A stretch of DNA of 64,000 nucleotides, taken from positions 38,212-102,211 of the forward strand of contig JAJQAM010000009.1 in assembly GCA_021203805.1 (NCBI GenBank), written 5' to 3'. The position numbers and the translations under genes were made by a program. A model generated the notes under the pieces. That model made no database searches and was not told where the DNA came from. It saw only the letters and a program-made list of their open reading frames with translations. Source of the stretch: Coprobacillus sp. Its GTDB lineage: Bacteria; Bacillota_I; Bacilli_A; RFN20; CAG-826. Of the stretch, positions 18,132-31,960 are shown one piece after another (within the stretch, counting starts at the first letter, position 1; each line of letters begins with the position of its first letter).

Positions 18132-18572
18132 ATGAAGAACTTTTTAGTGTATTTTACCATCCTCTTTTCTTTAGGCGGATGCTTTAGTGAATCTAGCGTA
18201 GACGAAAGAGAGGTAGTGTATCAATATAGAGACGTTGAATACCTCATGATTAATTGGGAAGATATCCTCTCTTACCCAGGGGAGTATCACGCTTATGTCT
18301 ATAGTAAATCCTGTGGTGCCTGCCAAAGCCTTAAACAAGATATCCTTGATTACGCAATCAATAAAGCTAAAACCACTATCTACTTTGTCTGCTATCAAAA
18401 GAATAGTATTCCAATGATCCATAATGCTGACCTTAGTAAAACTATAGGGATGACAGATGCTGATGAACTATATATTGGCGGGACACCCACCCTATTTGGG
18501 GTAGTGGATAATTCCATCTCGTTTTACGTAGAAGGAGTAAAGGCTATCAAAAAAGAATTAGAGATTAAATAA
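18132..18572 (+). CDS. Thioredoxin-fold lipoprotein with a CxxC motif
   Basis: Signal peptide with lipobox LGGC (MKNFLVYFTILFSLGGC). A CGAC redox motif is embedded in …YVYSKSCGACQSLKQ…. Length is 146 aa. Confidence 0.6.
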   Translation: MKNFLVYFTILFSLGGCFSESSVDEREVVYQYRDVEYLMINWEDILSYPGEYHAYVYSKSCGACQSLKQDILDYAINKAKTTIYFVCYQKNSIPMIHNADLSKTIGMTDADELYIGGTPTLFGVVDNSISFYVEGVKAIKKELEIK

Positions 18573-18622
18573 TCTCTACTCGTTGAAAGGATTACCCCCT
18601 ATATGCTAAACTATAACGGGGT

Positions 18623-22830
<4,208 letters not shown>

Positions 22831-22851
22831 GAGTGATTTAGCTAGGCCAAT

Positions 22852-23148
22852 ATGAAAGAAGTTAATATTGATGTTTTAAAAAATGTAGCGAATTCCCTCA
22901 TGTTTGATATGAGCGAGGACGAATATCGCCTTCTAGAAGGCGAGTTTCACACTACCCTAAAACAAATGGATCTCATTCATAACATTAAGGGAGTGGAAGA
23001 TGTCACTCCAATGACTTTCCCTTACGAAGTTACGACATCCGCTTTAAGGGAAGATGAGCCAAGCGAAGTTATCTCAAGTGATGAGGCGCTTAAGAACGCG
23101 AAAGATGTCATTGAGAAACAAATTAGAATTCCAAGGGTACTAAAATAA
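22852..23148 (+). CDS. gatC: Asp/Glu-tRNA amidotransferase subunit C
   Basis: 98-aa protein at the start of the gatCAB operon. Confidence 0.8.
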   Translation: MKEVNIDVLKNVANSLMFDMSEDEYRLLEGEFHTTLKQMDLIHNIKGVEDVTPMTFPYEVTTSALREDEPSEVISSDEALKNAKDVIEKQIRIPRVLK

Positions 23149-24608
23149 TGGACTATATTCATTTAACAATTAGTGAACTCCATGATGCTTATGTCGCTCA
23201 TAAAGTGACCCCTTTAGAAGTCGTTAAATCTATCTTTGAGGAGATTGGAGATGACAAAGATAATGCCTTTGAATATCTATGCAAACAGGAAGCAATATCT
23301 AAAGCAGAAAAACTAAAAGAAGTGCAAAAAGAGAATCTTTTCTGGGGAATTCCTTATGTCTTAAAAGATAATTTCTCCACAAAAGACATTCCAACCTGTG
23401 CCTCTTCTAATATCTTAGAAGGCTATATTCCAGTCTATAACGCGACTGTTTATCAAAAGCTTGAAGATAGCGACGCTATCCTCATTGGTAAAGCCACTCT
23501 TGATGAACTAGCGATGGGTGGAAGCGGTACCTCTGGTCATAAGGGTAAGACCTATAATCCATATGACCCATCTCACCAGTATATGATTGGGGGATCGTCC
23601 TGCGGAAGCGCGAATGCATGCGCTAGCGGTCTTGTTCCATTTGCGATTGGAAGTGACACTGGTGACAGTGTTCGTAAGCCTGCGTCGTTTGCCGGTCTTG
23701 TTGGCTTTAAGCCAACATGGGGAAGAATCTCTAGATATGGATTATTCCCGTTTGCCCCTTCTCTTGATCACGTTGCTTATTTTACCCGTAGCGTGAAAGA
23801 CGCGGCTAGTGTTCTTACCTTGCTTTCTGGTCATGACGAGCACGACACAACTAGCTCCACTAGCGAAGTTAAAGATTATGTTTCTCTTATTAATGGTGAT
23901 ATCAAAGGATATAAAGTAGCAGTCATCGATGAGGTCATCGAGAGCATGACCGATAGTGATGTCATAAGTCGCTTTAACGAAACCCTTAAGATTCTTGAGT
24001 CCCTTGGAGCGAGCATCCATCACGTTCATATGGACCTAGATTTACTAAAAGCTATTTATCCAACGTATAATATCATTTCCTGCGCAGAAGCCACCTCTAA
24101 TAACGCAAATCTAGACGGAATTAAGTTTGGTCTTAGAGAAAACGGGAAAACTTATGATGAAATTGTCACTAATTCCCGAACTAAAGGGTTTTCGCAGTTA
24201 ATTAAGCGTCGTTTTGTGATTGGTGGTTATTCTCTTTTAAGGGAGAATCAGGAAGATTTATTTATTAGAGCCCAGAAATGCAGACATTTAATTGTTGATA
24301 AATTTAGTGAGATTCTTAAAGAGTATGATGTTATCTATTTACCCGCCTCGCCATCCTGCGCTCCTAAGTTTGATAACGCAAGCGATACACTAAGCGATGA
24401 ATATTTAATCTGCGATAACTATCTTGCCTACGCTAATTTTGGTGGGTTCCCTTCTCTTACCTTGCCTATTGGATTTAAGGGTAATCTCCCATACGGCGCT
24501 AACTTTACCTCCGCTATTTTTGCTGAAGAAAAGGTGCTTAATATATCACTAGCTCTAGAAAATAAGCTTGGCTACTATAATCTCTACGCTAAAGGAGAGA
24601 AGAAATAA
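23148..24608 (+). CDS. gatA: Asp/Glu-tRNA amidotransferase subunit A (amidase family)
   Basis: The amidase signature GGSSCGSANACASG…GSDTGDSVRKPA is present. Length is 486 aa. Confidence 0.9.
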   Translation: MDYIHLTISELHDAYVAHKVTPLEVVKSIFEEIGDDKDNAFEYLCKQEAISKAEKLKEVQKENLFWGIPYVLKDNFSTKDIPTCASSNILEGYIPVYNATVYQKLEDSDAILIGKATLDELAMGGSGTSGHKGKTYNPYDPSHQYMIGGSSCGSANACASGLVPFAIGSDTGDSVRKPASFAGLVGFKPTWGRISRYGLFPFAPSLDHVAYFTRSVKDAASVLTLLSGHDEHDTTSSTSEVKDYVSLINGDIKGYKVAVIDEVIESMTDSDVISRFNETLKILESLGASIHHVHMDLDLLKAIYPTYNIISCAEATSNNANLDGIKFGLRENGKTYDEIVTNSRTKGFSQLIKRRFVIGGYSLLRENQEDLFIRAQKCRHLIVDKFSEILKEYDVIYLPASPSCAPKFDNASDTLSDEYLICDNYLAYANFGGFPSLTLPIGFKGNLPYGANFTSAIFAEEKVLNISLALENKLGYYNLYAKGEKK

Positions 24609-26032
24609 TGCTCGAGGCGGTAATTGGGCTAGAAATACATATTGAGATGAAGACTAAGTCCAAAATGTTTTCGAGTGGACCCGTTCAATACGGCGATGAG
24701 ACTAACACTAATGTGACTGTCTATGACCTTGGATTCCCTGGAGTGCTCCCCACTGTTAATAAAGGAGCGGTCATAAATGCGATAAGAGTGTGCCACGCTC
24801 TTCATATGGAAATTGACCCCGTTCTTCGCTTTGATAGAAAGAACTATTTCTACTCAGATCTTCCAAAAGGCTACCAAATTACGCAGTATTTTAAGCCAAT
24901 TGGTAAAAATGGATATCTCACTATTAATACCTCAAGTGGCGAACACAAGATAGAAATTGAAAGACTACATATCGAAGAAGACACTGCAAAACAGCTTCAT
25001 AGCTATGACTGCACTCTTATCGATTACAATAGATGCGGTACCCCTCTTATTGAGATTGTCTCTAAACCTCAAATTCATTCTAGTGAAGAGGCTATGAAGT
25101 ATATTGATGAGATTCGTTCTATTGTCTCCTTCCTTGATGTGAGTGACGGCAAGATGGAAGAGGGATCACTTAGATGCGACGTTAATATCTCCGTCCATGA
25201 AAAAGGAAGTAATGAATTTGGCACTCGAGTGGAGATTAAAAATCTCAATAGCATCATGAATGTTGAGAAGGTTCTTGACTATGAGTTTGAAAGACAGTGC
25301 AAGTGCCTAGAAACTGGGGAGCCAATCATTCAAGAGACGAGAAGATTTGACGAGGCCTCTAAAACCACCCAGCCTATGAGAAATAAAACTGATGCTGTGG
25401 ACTATAAGTATTATCCCGAGGCTAATATCCTTCCAGTTAAACTAGATGAGGCTTTTATATATGAAGCAATTAGAACAAGTAATGAACTTGCCTCCTCTAA
25501 ACTTAAGAGATATTTAGAGTCCGGACTTAGTGAATATGACGCTAATATACTCATTTCTGATAAAGATTTATCAAATTATTTTGATAATATAGTGCAAAAT
25601 GGTGTATCCTACAAACTCAGCGCGAATTGGCTCATTGGAGATATTTCTGCCGTTCTTAATAAAGAAGATATCTCAATTACCAAGTTCCCGCTTAGCCCAG
25701 ATCAGATTGCGGAGATTATTTCTCTTATTGAATCTGGGAAAATAAATAACAAGCAAGGAAGAGAAATATTTGCTAAAATATTAGAAAATAATACTTTAAG
25801 TATTACTGAGCTTGCTTCTGAATTTAATAAGGGCATGATATCTGAAAGTGATGAGCTTCTTAAAATCATTAATGAAGTTCTCGACGAAAATGAGCAGTCC
25901 ATCATCGACTATAAAGCGGGACGAGACAAAGCACTTGGATATCTCATGGGCCAAGTAATGAAGAAGACAGGCGGTAAAGTAAACCCTAAAGATACAAATT
26001 CTCTTCTACTTGAAGAGCTTAAAAGGAGGTAG
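24608..26032 (+). CDS. gatB: Asp/Glu-tRNA amidotransferase subunit B
   Basis: The protein starts MLEAVIGLEIHIEMKTKSKMFS. The GatB/YqeY C-terminal domain is present. Length is 474 aa. Confidence 0.9.
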   Translation: MLEAVIGLEIHIEMKTKSKMFSSGPVQYGDETNTNVTVYDLGFPGVLPTVNKGAVINAIRVCHALHMEIDPVLRFDRKNYFYSDLPKGYQITQYFKPIGKNGYLTINTSSGEHKIEIERLHIEEDTAKQLHSYDCTLIDYNRCGTPLIEIVSKPQIHSSEEAMKYIDEIRSIVSFLDVSDGKMEEGSLRCDVNISVHEKGSNEFGTRVEIKNLNSIMNVEKVLDYEFERQCKCLETGEPIIQETRRFDEASKTTQPMRNKTDAVDYKYYPEANILPVKLDEAFIYEAIRTSNELASSKLKRYLESGLSEYDANILISDKDLSNYFDNIVQNGVSYKLSANWLIGDISAVLNKEDISITKFPLSPDQIAEIISLIESGKINNKQGREIFAKILENNTLSITELASEFNKGMISESDELLKIINEVLDENEQSIIDYKAGRDKALGYLMGQVMKKTGGKVNPKDTNSLLLEELKRR

Positions 26033-26036
26033 CATT

Positions 26037-27053
26037 ATGGGAAAAGTATTAGTGACCGGTGGTACAGGCTATATTGGAAGCCACACGGTAATTGAACTAC
26101 TAAAGGCAGGATATGAACCCGTCATAGTGGATAATTTATGCAACTCTAAAATTGAAGTTCTTAACCGTATTAAACTCATCAGCGGGGTAAAACCTAAGTT
26201 TTATCAAATTGATGTTCAAGATAAAGAAGCTATGAGGCGCGTTTTCGAAGAAAACGACATTGAAAGCATTATTCATTTCGCGGGCCTTAAGTCAGTGGGT
26301 GAATCCGTTCAAAAGCCTCAGCTATATTACGATAATAATGTGGGCTCCTCTAAAGTCTTAATTGAGCTTATGGAGGAATATGGAGTTCACAATATTGTCT
26401 TCTCCTCTTCCGCAACGGTATATGGAAATCCTAAGAGTGTTCCAATTGTAGAAACAGATCCAGTCGGAGAAGCCGCTTCTCCATACGGAGAAACTAAGAT
26501 TATCATTGAGAAAATGCTTATGGAGTTTAGCGAGACCCATAAAGACGCTAATGTAGCTCTCCTTAGGTATTTCAATCCAATTGGAGCCCATCCCTCGGGA
26601 GTGATGGGAGAATATCCAACTGGTATTCCAAATAACTTAATGCCCTATATTACTCAGGTAGCAGTGGGCACCTTAAAGCAGCTTACTGTATTTGGAGGGG
26701 ACTATCCCACTAGAGACGGAACCTGCGTTAGAGACTATATTCATGTTGTGGACCTTGCGATTGGTCATGTGTATGCTCTTCATAAGCTTGAAGAGAAACC
26801 AGGACTAGTGATCTATAACCTAGGAACTGGGAAAGGCACAACGGTTCTTGAGCTCGTCCATGCCTTTGAAGAGGCTAATAACATGAAGATCAATTATGTC
26901 GTAGGGGACCGTAGACCTGGTGATGTCACTGAGTGCTACGCAAACTGCGATAAAGCTTATAAGGAGATGGGATGGAAAGCAGAGCTTACCATCACTGATG
27001 CATGCCGCGACTCTTGGAACTGGCAGTCTAAAAATCCACACGGATATGAATAG
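26037..27053 (+). CDS. galE: UDP-glucose 4-epimerase
   Basis: NAD-binding GGTGYIGSH and the catalytic YxxxK (SPYGETK) are present. I chose the ATG at 26037 (AAAGGAGG RBS 8 nt upstream) over the track's 26010 start, which lies inside gatB. Confidence 0.85.
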   Translation: MGKVLVTGGTGYIGSHTVIELLKAGYEPVIVDNLCNSKIEVLNRIKLISGVKPKFYQIDVQDKEAMRRVFEENDIESIIHFAGLKSVGESVQKPQLYYDNNVGSSKVLIELMEEYGVHNIVFSSSATVYGNPKSVPIVETDPVGEAASPYGETKIIIEKMLMEFSETHKDANVALLRYFNPIGAHPSGVMGEYPTGIPNNLMPYITQVAVGTLKQLTVFGGDYPTRDGTCVRDYIHVVDLAIGHVYALHKLEEKPGLVIYNLGTGKGTTVLELVHAFEEANNMKINYVVGDRRPGDVTECYANCDKAYKEMGWKAELTITDACRDSWNWQSKNPHGYE

Positions 27054-27064
27054 GAGGTATCTAT

Positions 27065-27997
27065 ATGAGCAAACCACAAAAAATTAGTATTGAGAGCAAA
27101 GGGATAGTGGAGTATGGCTATGCCTGGACAGTGGAAGATAGCATCGCGAATGTTATCATCATGTCTGGTATGTGTGAGCATTGTCTCCGCTACGACGACT
27201 TCGCTCAGTATCTTAATGAACATAAATTTAATGTTTATTCGCTAGATAATTTTGGGCAGGGCGCAAATGTCCTTCCTGACCTATCTAACCTTGGCGTTGT
27301 TCCATCTTCTGCTTTTAGAAAGCAGGTGCAAATGGTTGATGCTTTAGTGGAAAAACTAAGAATTAGCGCCAGACCTACCTTCATTTTTGCTCATTCAATG
27401 GGCTCTATTCTCTGCCAAGATTACATCCAAAGATACACTCACCACGTGAGTAAAGTTGTTCTCTGCGGGTCTATGGCGAAGAATCCATTAACTCCACTTG
27501 GTTATCAACTAGCGAGATTAATTGTCACTAAAAAGAATAGGAACAATGAAGCTAAACTTCTCGCTGCACTAATGTTTGGTAATTTTAATAACAAAGTACC
27601 AAAACCCGCTAGAACTTCTCATGACTGGCTTTCCACCATTCCTGAAAATGTTGATAAGTTCATTAATGATCCACTATGTGGGTATAGGCCAAACAACGGC
27701 TTCTGCCTTGAACTTCTTAAAGGTATGAATAGACTTTATAAGAAGAAATTCCTTGAGAAGATTAGAAAAGACCTTGATATCTTTATTATCTCGGGTGATG
27801 GAGATCCTGTATCTCACTACGGCAAAGACGTCGAAAAGCTTGATAAGATGTATAAAAAACTTGGTCTCAAACATGTTGGGACTAAAATATATGAAGGATG
27901 TCGCCATGAGGTCTTCAATGACTTCAGAAAGAAAGAAGTTTATGAAGATGTCCTTACATTCTTCATGGCCGATTTGGCAGGCAAAAACGTTGTTTGA
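27065..27997 (+). CDS. Alpha/beta hydrolase, lysophospholipase / monoacylglycerol-lipase-like
   Basis: GxSxG nucleophile elbow AHSMGS, a downstream Asp/His, and a 310-aa size typical of the family. It ends with a TGA stop. Confidence 0.65.
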   Translation: MSKPQKISIESKGIVEYGYAWTVEDSIANVIIMSGMCEHCLRYDDFAQYLNEHKFNVYSLDNFGQGANVLPDLSNLGVVPSSAFRKQVQMVDALVEKLRISARPTFIFAHSMGSILCQDYIQRYTHHVSKVVLCGSMAKNPLTPLGYQLARLIVTKKNRNNEAKLLAALMFGNFNNKVPKPARTSHDWLSTIPENVDKFINDPLCGYRPNNGFCLELLKGMNRLYKKKFLEKIRKDLDIFIISGDGDPVSHYGKDVEKLDKMYKKLGLKHVGTKIYEGCRHEVFNDFRKKEVYEDVLTFFMADLAGKNVV

Positions 27998-28003
27998 TAT
28001 TAC

Positions 28004-28080
28004 GGCCTCCTAGCGTAATTGGATAACGCAATCGCCTCCTAAGCGATAGATTTCGAGTTCGAGTCTCGAGGAGGTCGCCA
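28004..28080 (+). tRNA. tRNA-Arg (anticodon CCT)
   Basis: It folds by hand as a cloverleaf. The acceptor stem is GGCCTCC/GGAGGTC with a G2:U71 wobble. The D-stem is GCGT/ACGC. The anticodon stem ATCGC/GCGAT carries the loop CTCCTAA. The T-arm is TCGAG-TTCGAGT-CTCGA. It has discriminator G and an encoded CCA. Confidence 0.8.
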
Positions 28081-28095
28081 TATCCTAAAATCAAC

Positions 28096-28123
28096 AAAAA
28101 AGCCAGTTTCCGCTGGCTTTTTA
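28096..28123. terminator. Bidirectional rho-independent terminator (tRNA-Arg on +, nitroreductase on -)
   Basis: aaaaagccag-tttccg-ctggcttttt, with an A-run upstream and a T-run downstream. Confidence 0.6.
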
Positions 28124-28138
28124 ATTTAATTTACACGA

Positions 28139-28636
28139 TTAATATACTTTATGGACTTTGTCGATTTTGTATCTGTCTTCTATTTTTTTCTGCTCCGCTT
28201 TATGCCCAATTGGTATAAGGCAGAACGGCTCAAGAGTATCGGGAATATCTAGAGTCTTTCTTACTAAGTCCACTCTATCTGGAATGGGCTCTACTCCCAT
28301 CCAGCATGCCCCGAGATTTAGCTGCTCGGCTTCTATGAGAATGTTTTCGACGCTTGCTCCTAAATCCTGAGCTTGAAAGAATGGAACTTTAATCTTTTTA
28401 ATATAGCACGGCACTATAACGACATTAGCATTAGTAAGCATTCTTATGCCGTCTTTATTCGCGCTTAATTTAGGTTTTATATCCTTATCTCTTACGACAT
28501 AGAACTCCCAGGGCTGTTGGTTACAGGCTGATGGAGCCTGCATCCCTGCTTTTAGAAGTAATTCGATATCTTCTTCGCTAACTTCCTCATCTGTATAGCG
28601 GCGCGTGCTACACCTAGCAAATATTGGATCGCTCAT
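28139..28636 (-). CDS. Nitroreductase-family protein (FMN-dependent)
   Basis: The protein starts MSDPIFARCSTRRYTDEEVSEEDIELLLKAGMQAPSACNQQPWEFYVV, which is the classic nitroreductase N-terminal FMN-binding region. Length is 165 aa. Confidence 0.75.
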   Translation of the reverse strand: MSDPIFARCSTRRYTDEEVSEEDIELLLKAGMQAPSACNQQPWEFYVVRDKDIKPKLSANKDGIRMLTNANVVIVPCYIKKIKVPFFQAQDLGASVENILIEAEQLNLGACWMGVEPIPDRVDLVRKTLDIPDTLEPFCLIPIGHKAEQKKIEDRYKIDKVHKVY

Positions 28637-28670
28637 ATTTTAATCTCCTTTTTATAAGTTTAACGAAAAC

Positions 28671-28699
28671 TTGAATGAATAATATTGTTATATTATAAT
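28671..28699 (+). promoter_or_regulatory. Sigma-A-type promoter for tRNA-Ala
   Basis: -35 TTGAAT, 17-nt spacer, -10 TATAAT ending 14 nt before the tRNA 5' end. Confidence 0.5.
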
Positions 28700-28712
28700 C
28701 TTAATTACAAGT

Positions 28713-28788
28713 GGGGCTGTAGCTCAGTTGGAAGAGCGCCTCCATGGCATGGAGGAGGTCGAGGGTTCGAGCCCCTTTAGCTCCACCA
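28713..28788 (+). tRNA. tRNA-Ala (anticodon GGC)
   Basis: Cloverleaf GGGGCTG…TAGCTCC, with the G3:U70 Ala identity pair and discriminator A73. The anticodon arm is CCTCC-ATGGCAT-GGAGG, the T-loop is TTCGAGC, and CCA is encoded. Confidence 0.8.
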
Positions 28789-28802
28789 TTTATAAGATTA
28801 AG

Positions 28803-28826
28803 ACACTATCGCTGATAGTGTTTTTA
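28803..28826. terminator. Bidirectional terminator (tRNA-Ala on +, GT4 gene on -)
   Basis: acactatc-gct-gatagtgt perfect 8-bp stem followed by ttttt. Confidence 0.55.
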
Positions 28827-29876
28827 TTTGCCTTTCTGATATATATCTAGATAGAAGTCTTTCCACATTTCCTTAACGTGATCTCTTGAATAAAATGTTT
28901 TAATTAATCTTGATTTTTTTGTTAAATCATCCGCAAAATCTGGGTCTTTTACTAGGTTTTTAATGGCAGCGTCAAATTCCTTATTATCTTTACATAAAAG
29001 CATATCTTCGCCGAGCACTTCCGCGCCTAATATTGGTCGATATAAGTCTAAATCTCTAAGAATTAGAGGCTTTTCGCATGAGGCTGCCTCCAAAATTGTC
29101 ATTGGGAATAACTCGTTATATGAAGTCATAAGAAGGGCATCAGAGAGGTTATAAATATAGTTCATTTCAGAGCGTGGAATGATGCCGGTAAAGATAACAT
29201 TACTAGGCGGGTTCTCCACGATTTTCTTTAGATCTGAATAGCCATCAGTAATCACCCCAAAGGAGAATCCTCCAACCCAGAGGAACGTAATATCTGGATT
29301 CATTTTAGCAAGGTCAATAAAGTCAAAAACTCCCTTTCTAGTTTGAATCTGTCCGCAACTTAAAATAATAGGTTTATCAAGTGGAATCTTATATTTAGTT
29401 TTATATTCATTTAGAAGCGTTTTGTCTTTGATATGGTAGAAATCCTTTTCACTAACAAAGTTAGGGATATAGATTATTGATTCTCTTTTGACCCCTAGTT
29501 TTACAAGCTCCTCTATAAAGATAGGGTTTACCACCACTAAATATTTAGCCTTCTTATAGAAGTTCATGACATACCCGCAGAAAATCTTAAATAGTGGTTT
29601 AGGAAGTTTAATTGATCCTTTAAGAGTGTCAGGAAGGAAGTGACAATACATCACTCTAATTCCTTTTCTCTTCCTAAATCTAAACCAAAGTCTGAGGTTT
29701 ATGGAGTGGACATGAACGATATCCGCTTTTTTATGTGAGTTGATACTAACCTCAAAAATATCGTCCATTTCTTTAATGAGGGCGACCTGCTCTAAATAGG
29801 CGCTACCAACGCCTTGTCCCTCTACGGAGTCCGCTTTTGAAAGCACATTTATGGTAATTTTCCCTTCTTTATTCAT
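28824..29876 (-). CDS. Glycosyltransferase, GT4 family; candidate (glyco)lipid glycosyltransferase
   Basis: 350 aa with GT-B architecture. The C-terminal block …FPMTILEAASCEKPLILRDLDLY… matches the GT4 EX7E region. It has its own divergent promoter region. Confidence 0.6.
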   Translation of the reverse strand: MNKEGKITINVLSKADSVEGQGVGSAYLEQVALIKEMDDIFEVSINSHKKADIVHVHSINLRLWFRFRKRKGIRVMYCHFLPDTLKGSIKLPKPLFKIFCGYVMNFYKKAKYLVVVNPIFIEELVKLGVKRESIIYIPNFVSEKDFYHIKDKTLLNEYKTKYKIPLDKPIILSCGQIQTRKGVFDFIDLAKMNPDITFLWVGGFSFGVITDGYSDLKKIVENPPSNVIFTGIIPRSEMNYIYNLSDALLMTSYNELFPMTILEAASCEKPLILRDLDLYRPILGAEVLGEDMLLCKDNKEFDAAIKNLVKDPDFADDLTKKSRLIKTFYSRDHVKEMWKDFYLDIYQKGK

Positions 29877-29981
29877 GGCTTTTATTATATTAAATTTCCC
29901 CTTTAAACTTAACCCATAAAAAATAAATCTTAAAAAAACTCTTTAATTCTGGCATAATATAGTTAGGGAAGTGAATAACGA

Positions 29982-30479
29982 ATGTATGAAGTAAATTCCT
30001 TAGTTATTCATCGTAGAGAAGGCCTATGTGATATTGTTGATATCAAAGATATCAATGGGAAACAGTATTATCTCTTAAAGGCCCGTAGAGGAGACGGCGA
30101 GAACATTTATGTTCCTGTCGATAATGCGAACGCAATTATTCGAGACATTATGTCGGTTGAAAGTGCTGACCGCATGCTTCTTTATATGAAATCTCTAAAC
30201 GATGAGATTATCACCAACACGAAGCAACGTCGTGATTATTTCAAAAAGAAGCTCTCTAGCGGTTCTATCCACGATATCATGTACCTCGCCAAGCAGCTTT
30301 ATTTATATTACGGTGATGTAAGTGAAGATGGAGTAAGTGAAGATATTAAATTCGGCCCACTTGACATAGAGCTACTTGAATCCGCTGAAGACATTCTCTT
30401 TGATGAACTTGAGCTTACCTATAATGTCCCACGTGATTCCCTTAGGGATTACATCATTAATAGAATGAATTCCCTATAA
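29982..30479 (+). CDS. CarD/CdnL-family transcription factor (RNAP-interacting domain)
   Basis: The N-terminus (YEVNSLVIHRREGLCDIVDIKDINGKQYYLLKA…NIYVPVDNA) matches the CarD_CdnL_TRCF Tudor-like domain. Length is 165 aa. Confidence 0.6.
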   Translation: MYEVNSLVIHRREGLCDIVDIKDINGKQYYLLKARRGDGENIYVPVDNANAIIRDIMSVESADRMLLYMKSLNDEIITNTKQRRDYFKKKLSSGSIHDIMYLAKQLYLYYGDVSEDGVSEDIKFGPLDIELLESAEDILFDELELTYNVPRDSLRDYIINRMNSL

Positions 30480-31295
30480 TTAATCTAGATATTTACTTTT
30501 TAATAGATTTATTTCTTCTTCAGTTATGGAGAAGTATTTTTTTATGTAAGAGATGATATCCCCTTCTTTTTCCTTCATATAACTAACCATGCTGTCGTAG
30601 TATTCTTCGTGAACATTTATCGTCCCATCAAGAATTTCAGGAAGTAGTGGTCTTTCTGGATAACCCTTTGCTCTTTCTAAGGCCGCTTCATACTCGCTTC
30701 TTACATATTTATCAGTCACCATGTAGTCATATTTTAATGTGTCTTCGTCCACTCCAAGAAGGGCGAGGATAATAAAGGAAGCCACTCCTGTTCTATCTTT
30801 ACCCCCAGCGCAGTGATAGAGCAGCGCGTGATCATCATCTTCATTTAAAACATAATCAAATAGCACTCTAAACTGTTTGATGCAGTATTCATCCGTAATA
30901 AACATTATGTAGTTTGCAATCATTAGATTATAAACAGAGAAGTCGCCTTTGGTCTCATAGAAGTGCTCTAACTTTTTTGTAAATGAAGAGCTCTTTAACT
31001 CATCGCTGACTCTAGAAAGGGCATCATTTTCATTTTGAGGAAAGATTGGAAGATGAATGTTAGTCGCCCCCGGTATATCAACATCTGGGCTTCCTTCTCT
31101 CTCGTCAGCATTTCGTAAATCGATCACTTTATCAACGTGAAGCTGGTTCACTAAAACGGAATAATCTTTTTCATCTATCTTCCAAACCGCTCCGCTTCTA
31201 ATAAGTTTATTTTCTTTCACGGTTTTTCCGTCAGTAGTCTTATAACCGCCTAAATCTCTAATATTTTTTATGTAATTTAGATTTATTTCTTTCAT
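30480..31295 (-). CDS. Protein tyrosine/serine phosphatase (CX5R family)
   Basis: Active-site HCAGGKDRTG. Length is 271 aa. Confidence 0.7.
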   Translation of the reverse strand: MKEINLNYIKNIRDLGGYKTTDGKTVKENKLIRSGAVWKIDEKDYSVLVNQLHVDKVIDLRNADEREGSPDVDIPGATNIHLPIFPQNENDALSRVSDELKSSSFTKKLEHFYETKGDFSVYNLMIANYIMFITDEYCIKQFRVLFDYVLNEDDDHALLYHCAGGKDRTGVASFIILALLGVDEDTLKYDYMVTDKYVRSEYEAALERAKGYPERPLLPEILDGTINVHEEYYDSMVSYMKEKEGDIISYIKKYFSITEEEINLLKSKYLD

Positions 31296-31960
31296 AAAGA
31301 TTTTCCAAGCTCGCTAATTGCGTTATATAATTCGTCTACTGAATCGACCACTTTATAAGCGCCAATATCAATCAAATCTTTTTTCTCTCTGAATCCCCAG
31401 GTGACGAGTATTGTTTTGGCTCCAACATTATTTCCCATCTCTAAATCTACACTCGAGTCTCCTATAACAATGCTTCTTTTTATGTCATATCCGGTGCTAG
31501 TAATGACGCTATTAATCATATCTGGGTGAGGCTTCTTATTTTGGCCTTCTTTGTCCCCCTCTATATAGTCAAAAACCCCCGGGAACATCTCCTCCACTAG
31601 TGTTTTAGTGACATTAGCAAGTTTATTAGATACAACGACAAGATTATATTTGCCTTCTGATTTAAGTTTTCCTAGTAATTCACTAATCCCCTCATATGGT
31701 TTTGTATAGATATCATAATGAGTGTTGTAATAGCCCGTAAACTCTTTTAGGCATTCCTCATAATCAGGATTTTCTTCTTTTCCCGGAATAGATCTTGCAA
31801 TGAGTTTAGCCACTCCATTTCCAACAAAAGAGCGGATTTCTGCAAGTGTTCTTTCTTGATATCCTAGTTTTCTTAATGCAAAATTAGTGGCCTCTTTAAG
31901 GTCTTCTAAAGTATTAAGCAACGTACCATCTAGATCAAAGAATAGTGTTATCTTTTTCAT
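31292..31960 (-). CDS. HAD-superfamily hydrolase (phosphoglycolate-phosphatase-like, subfamily IA)
   Basis: Motif I FDLDGTLLNT, motif III K, and motif IV GDSSVD are present. Confidence 0.7.
   Translation of the reverse strand: MKKITLFFDLDGTLLNTLEDLKEATNFALRKLGYQERTLAEIRSFVGNGVAKLIARSIPGKEENPDYEECLKEFTGYYNTHYDIYTKPYEGISELLGKLKSEGKYNLVVVSNKLANVTKTLVEEMFPGVFDYIEGDKEGQNKKPHPDMINSVITSTGYDIKRSIVIGDSSVDLEMGNNVGAKTILVTWGFREKKDLIDIGAYKVVDSVDELYNAISELGKSL

Noticed and set aside
26010-26036. galE start at 26010 (track)
   Set aside because: It would overlap the last 8 codons of gatB and lacks an RBS. The ATG at 26037 follows AAAGGAGG and begins the conserved MGKVLVTGGTGYIGS N-terminus.
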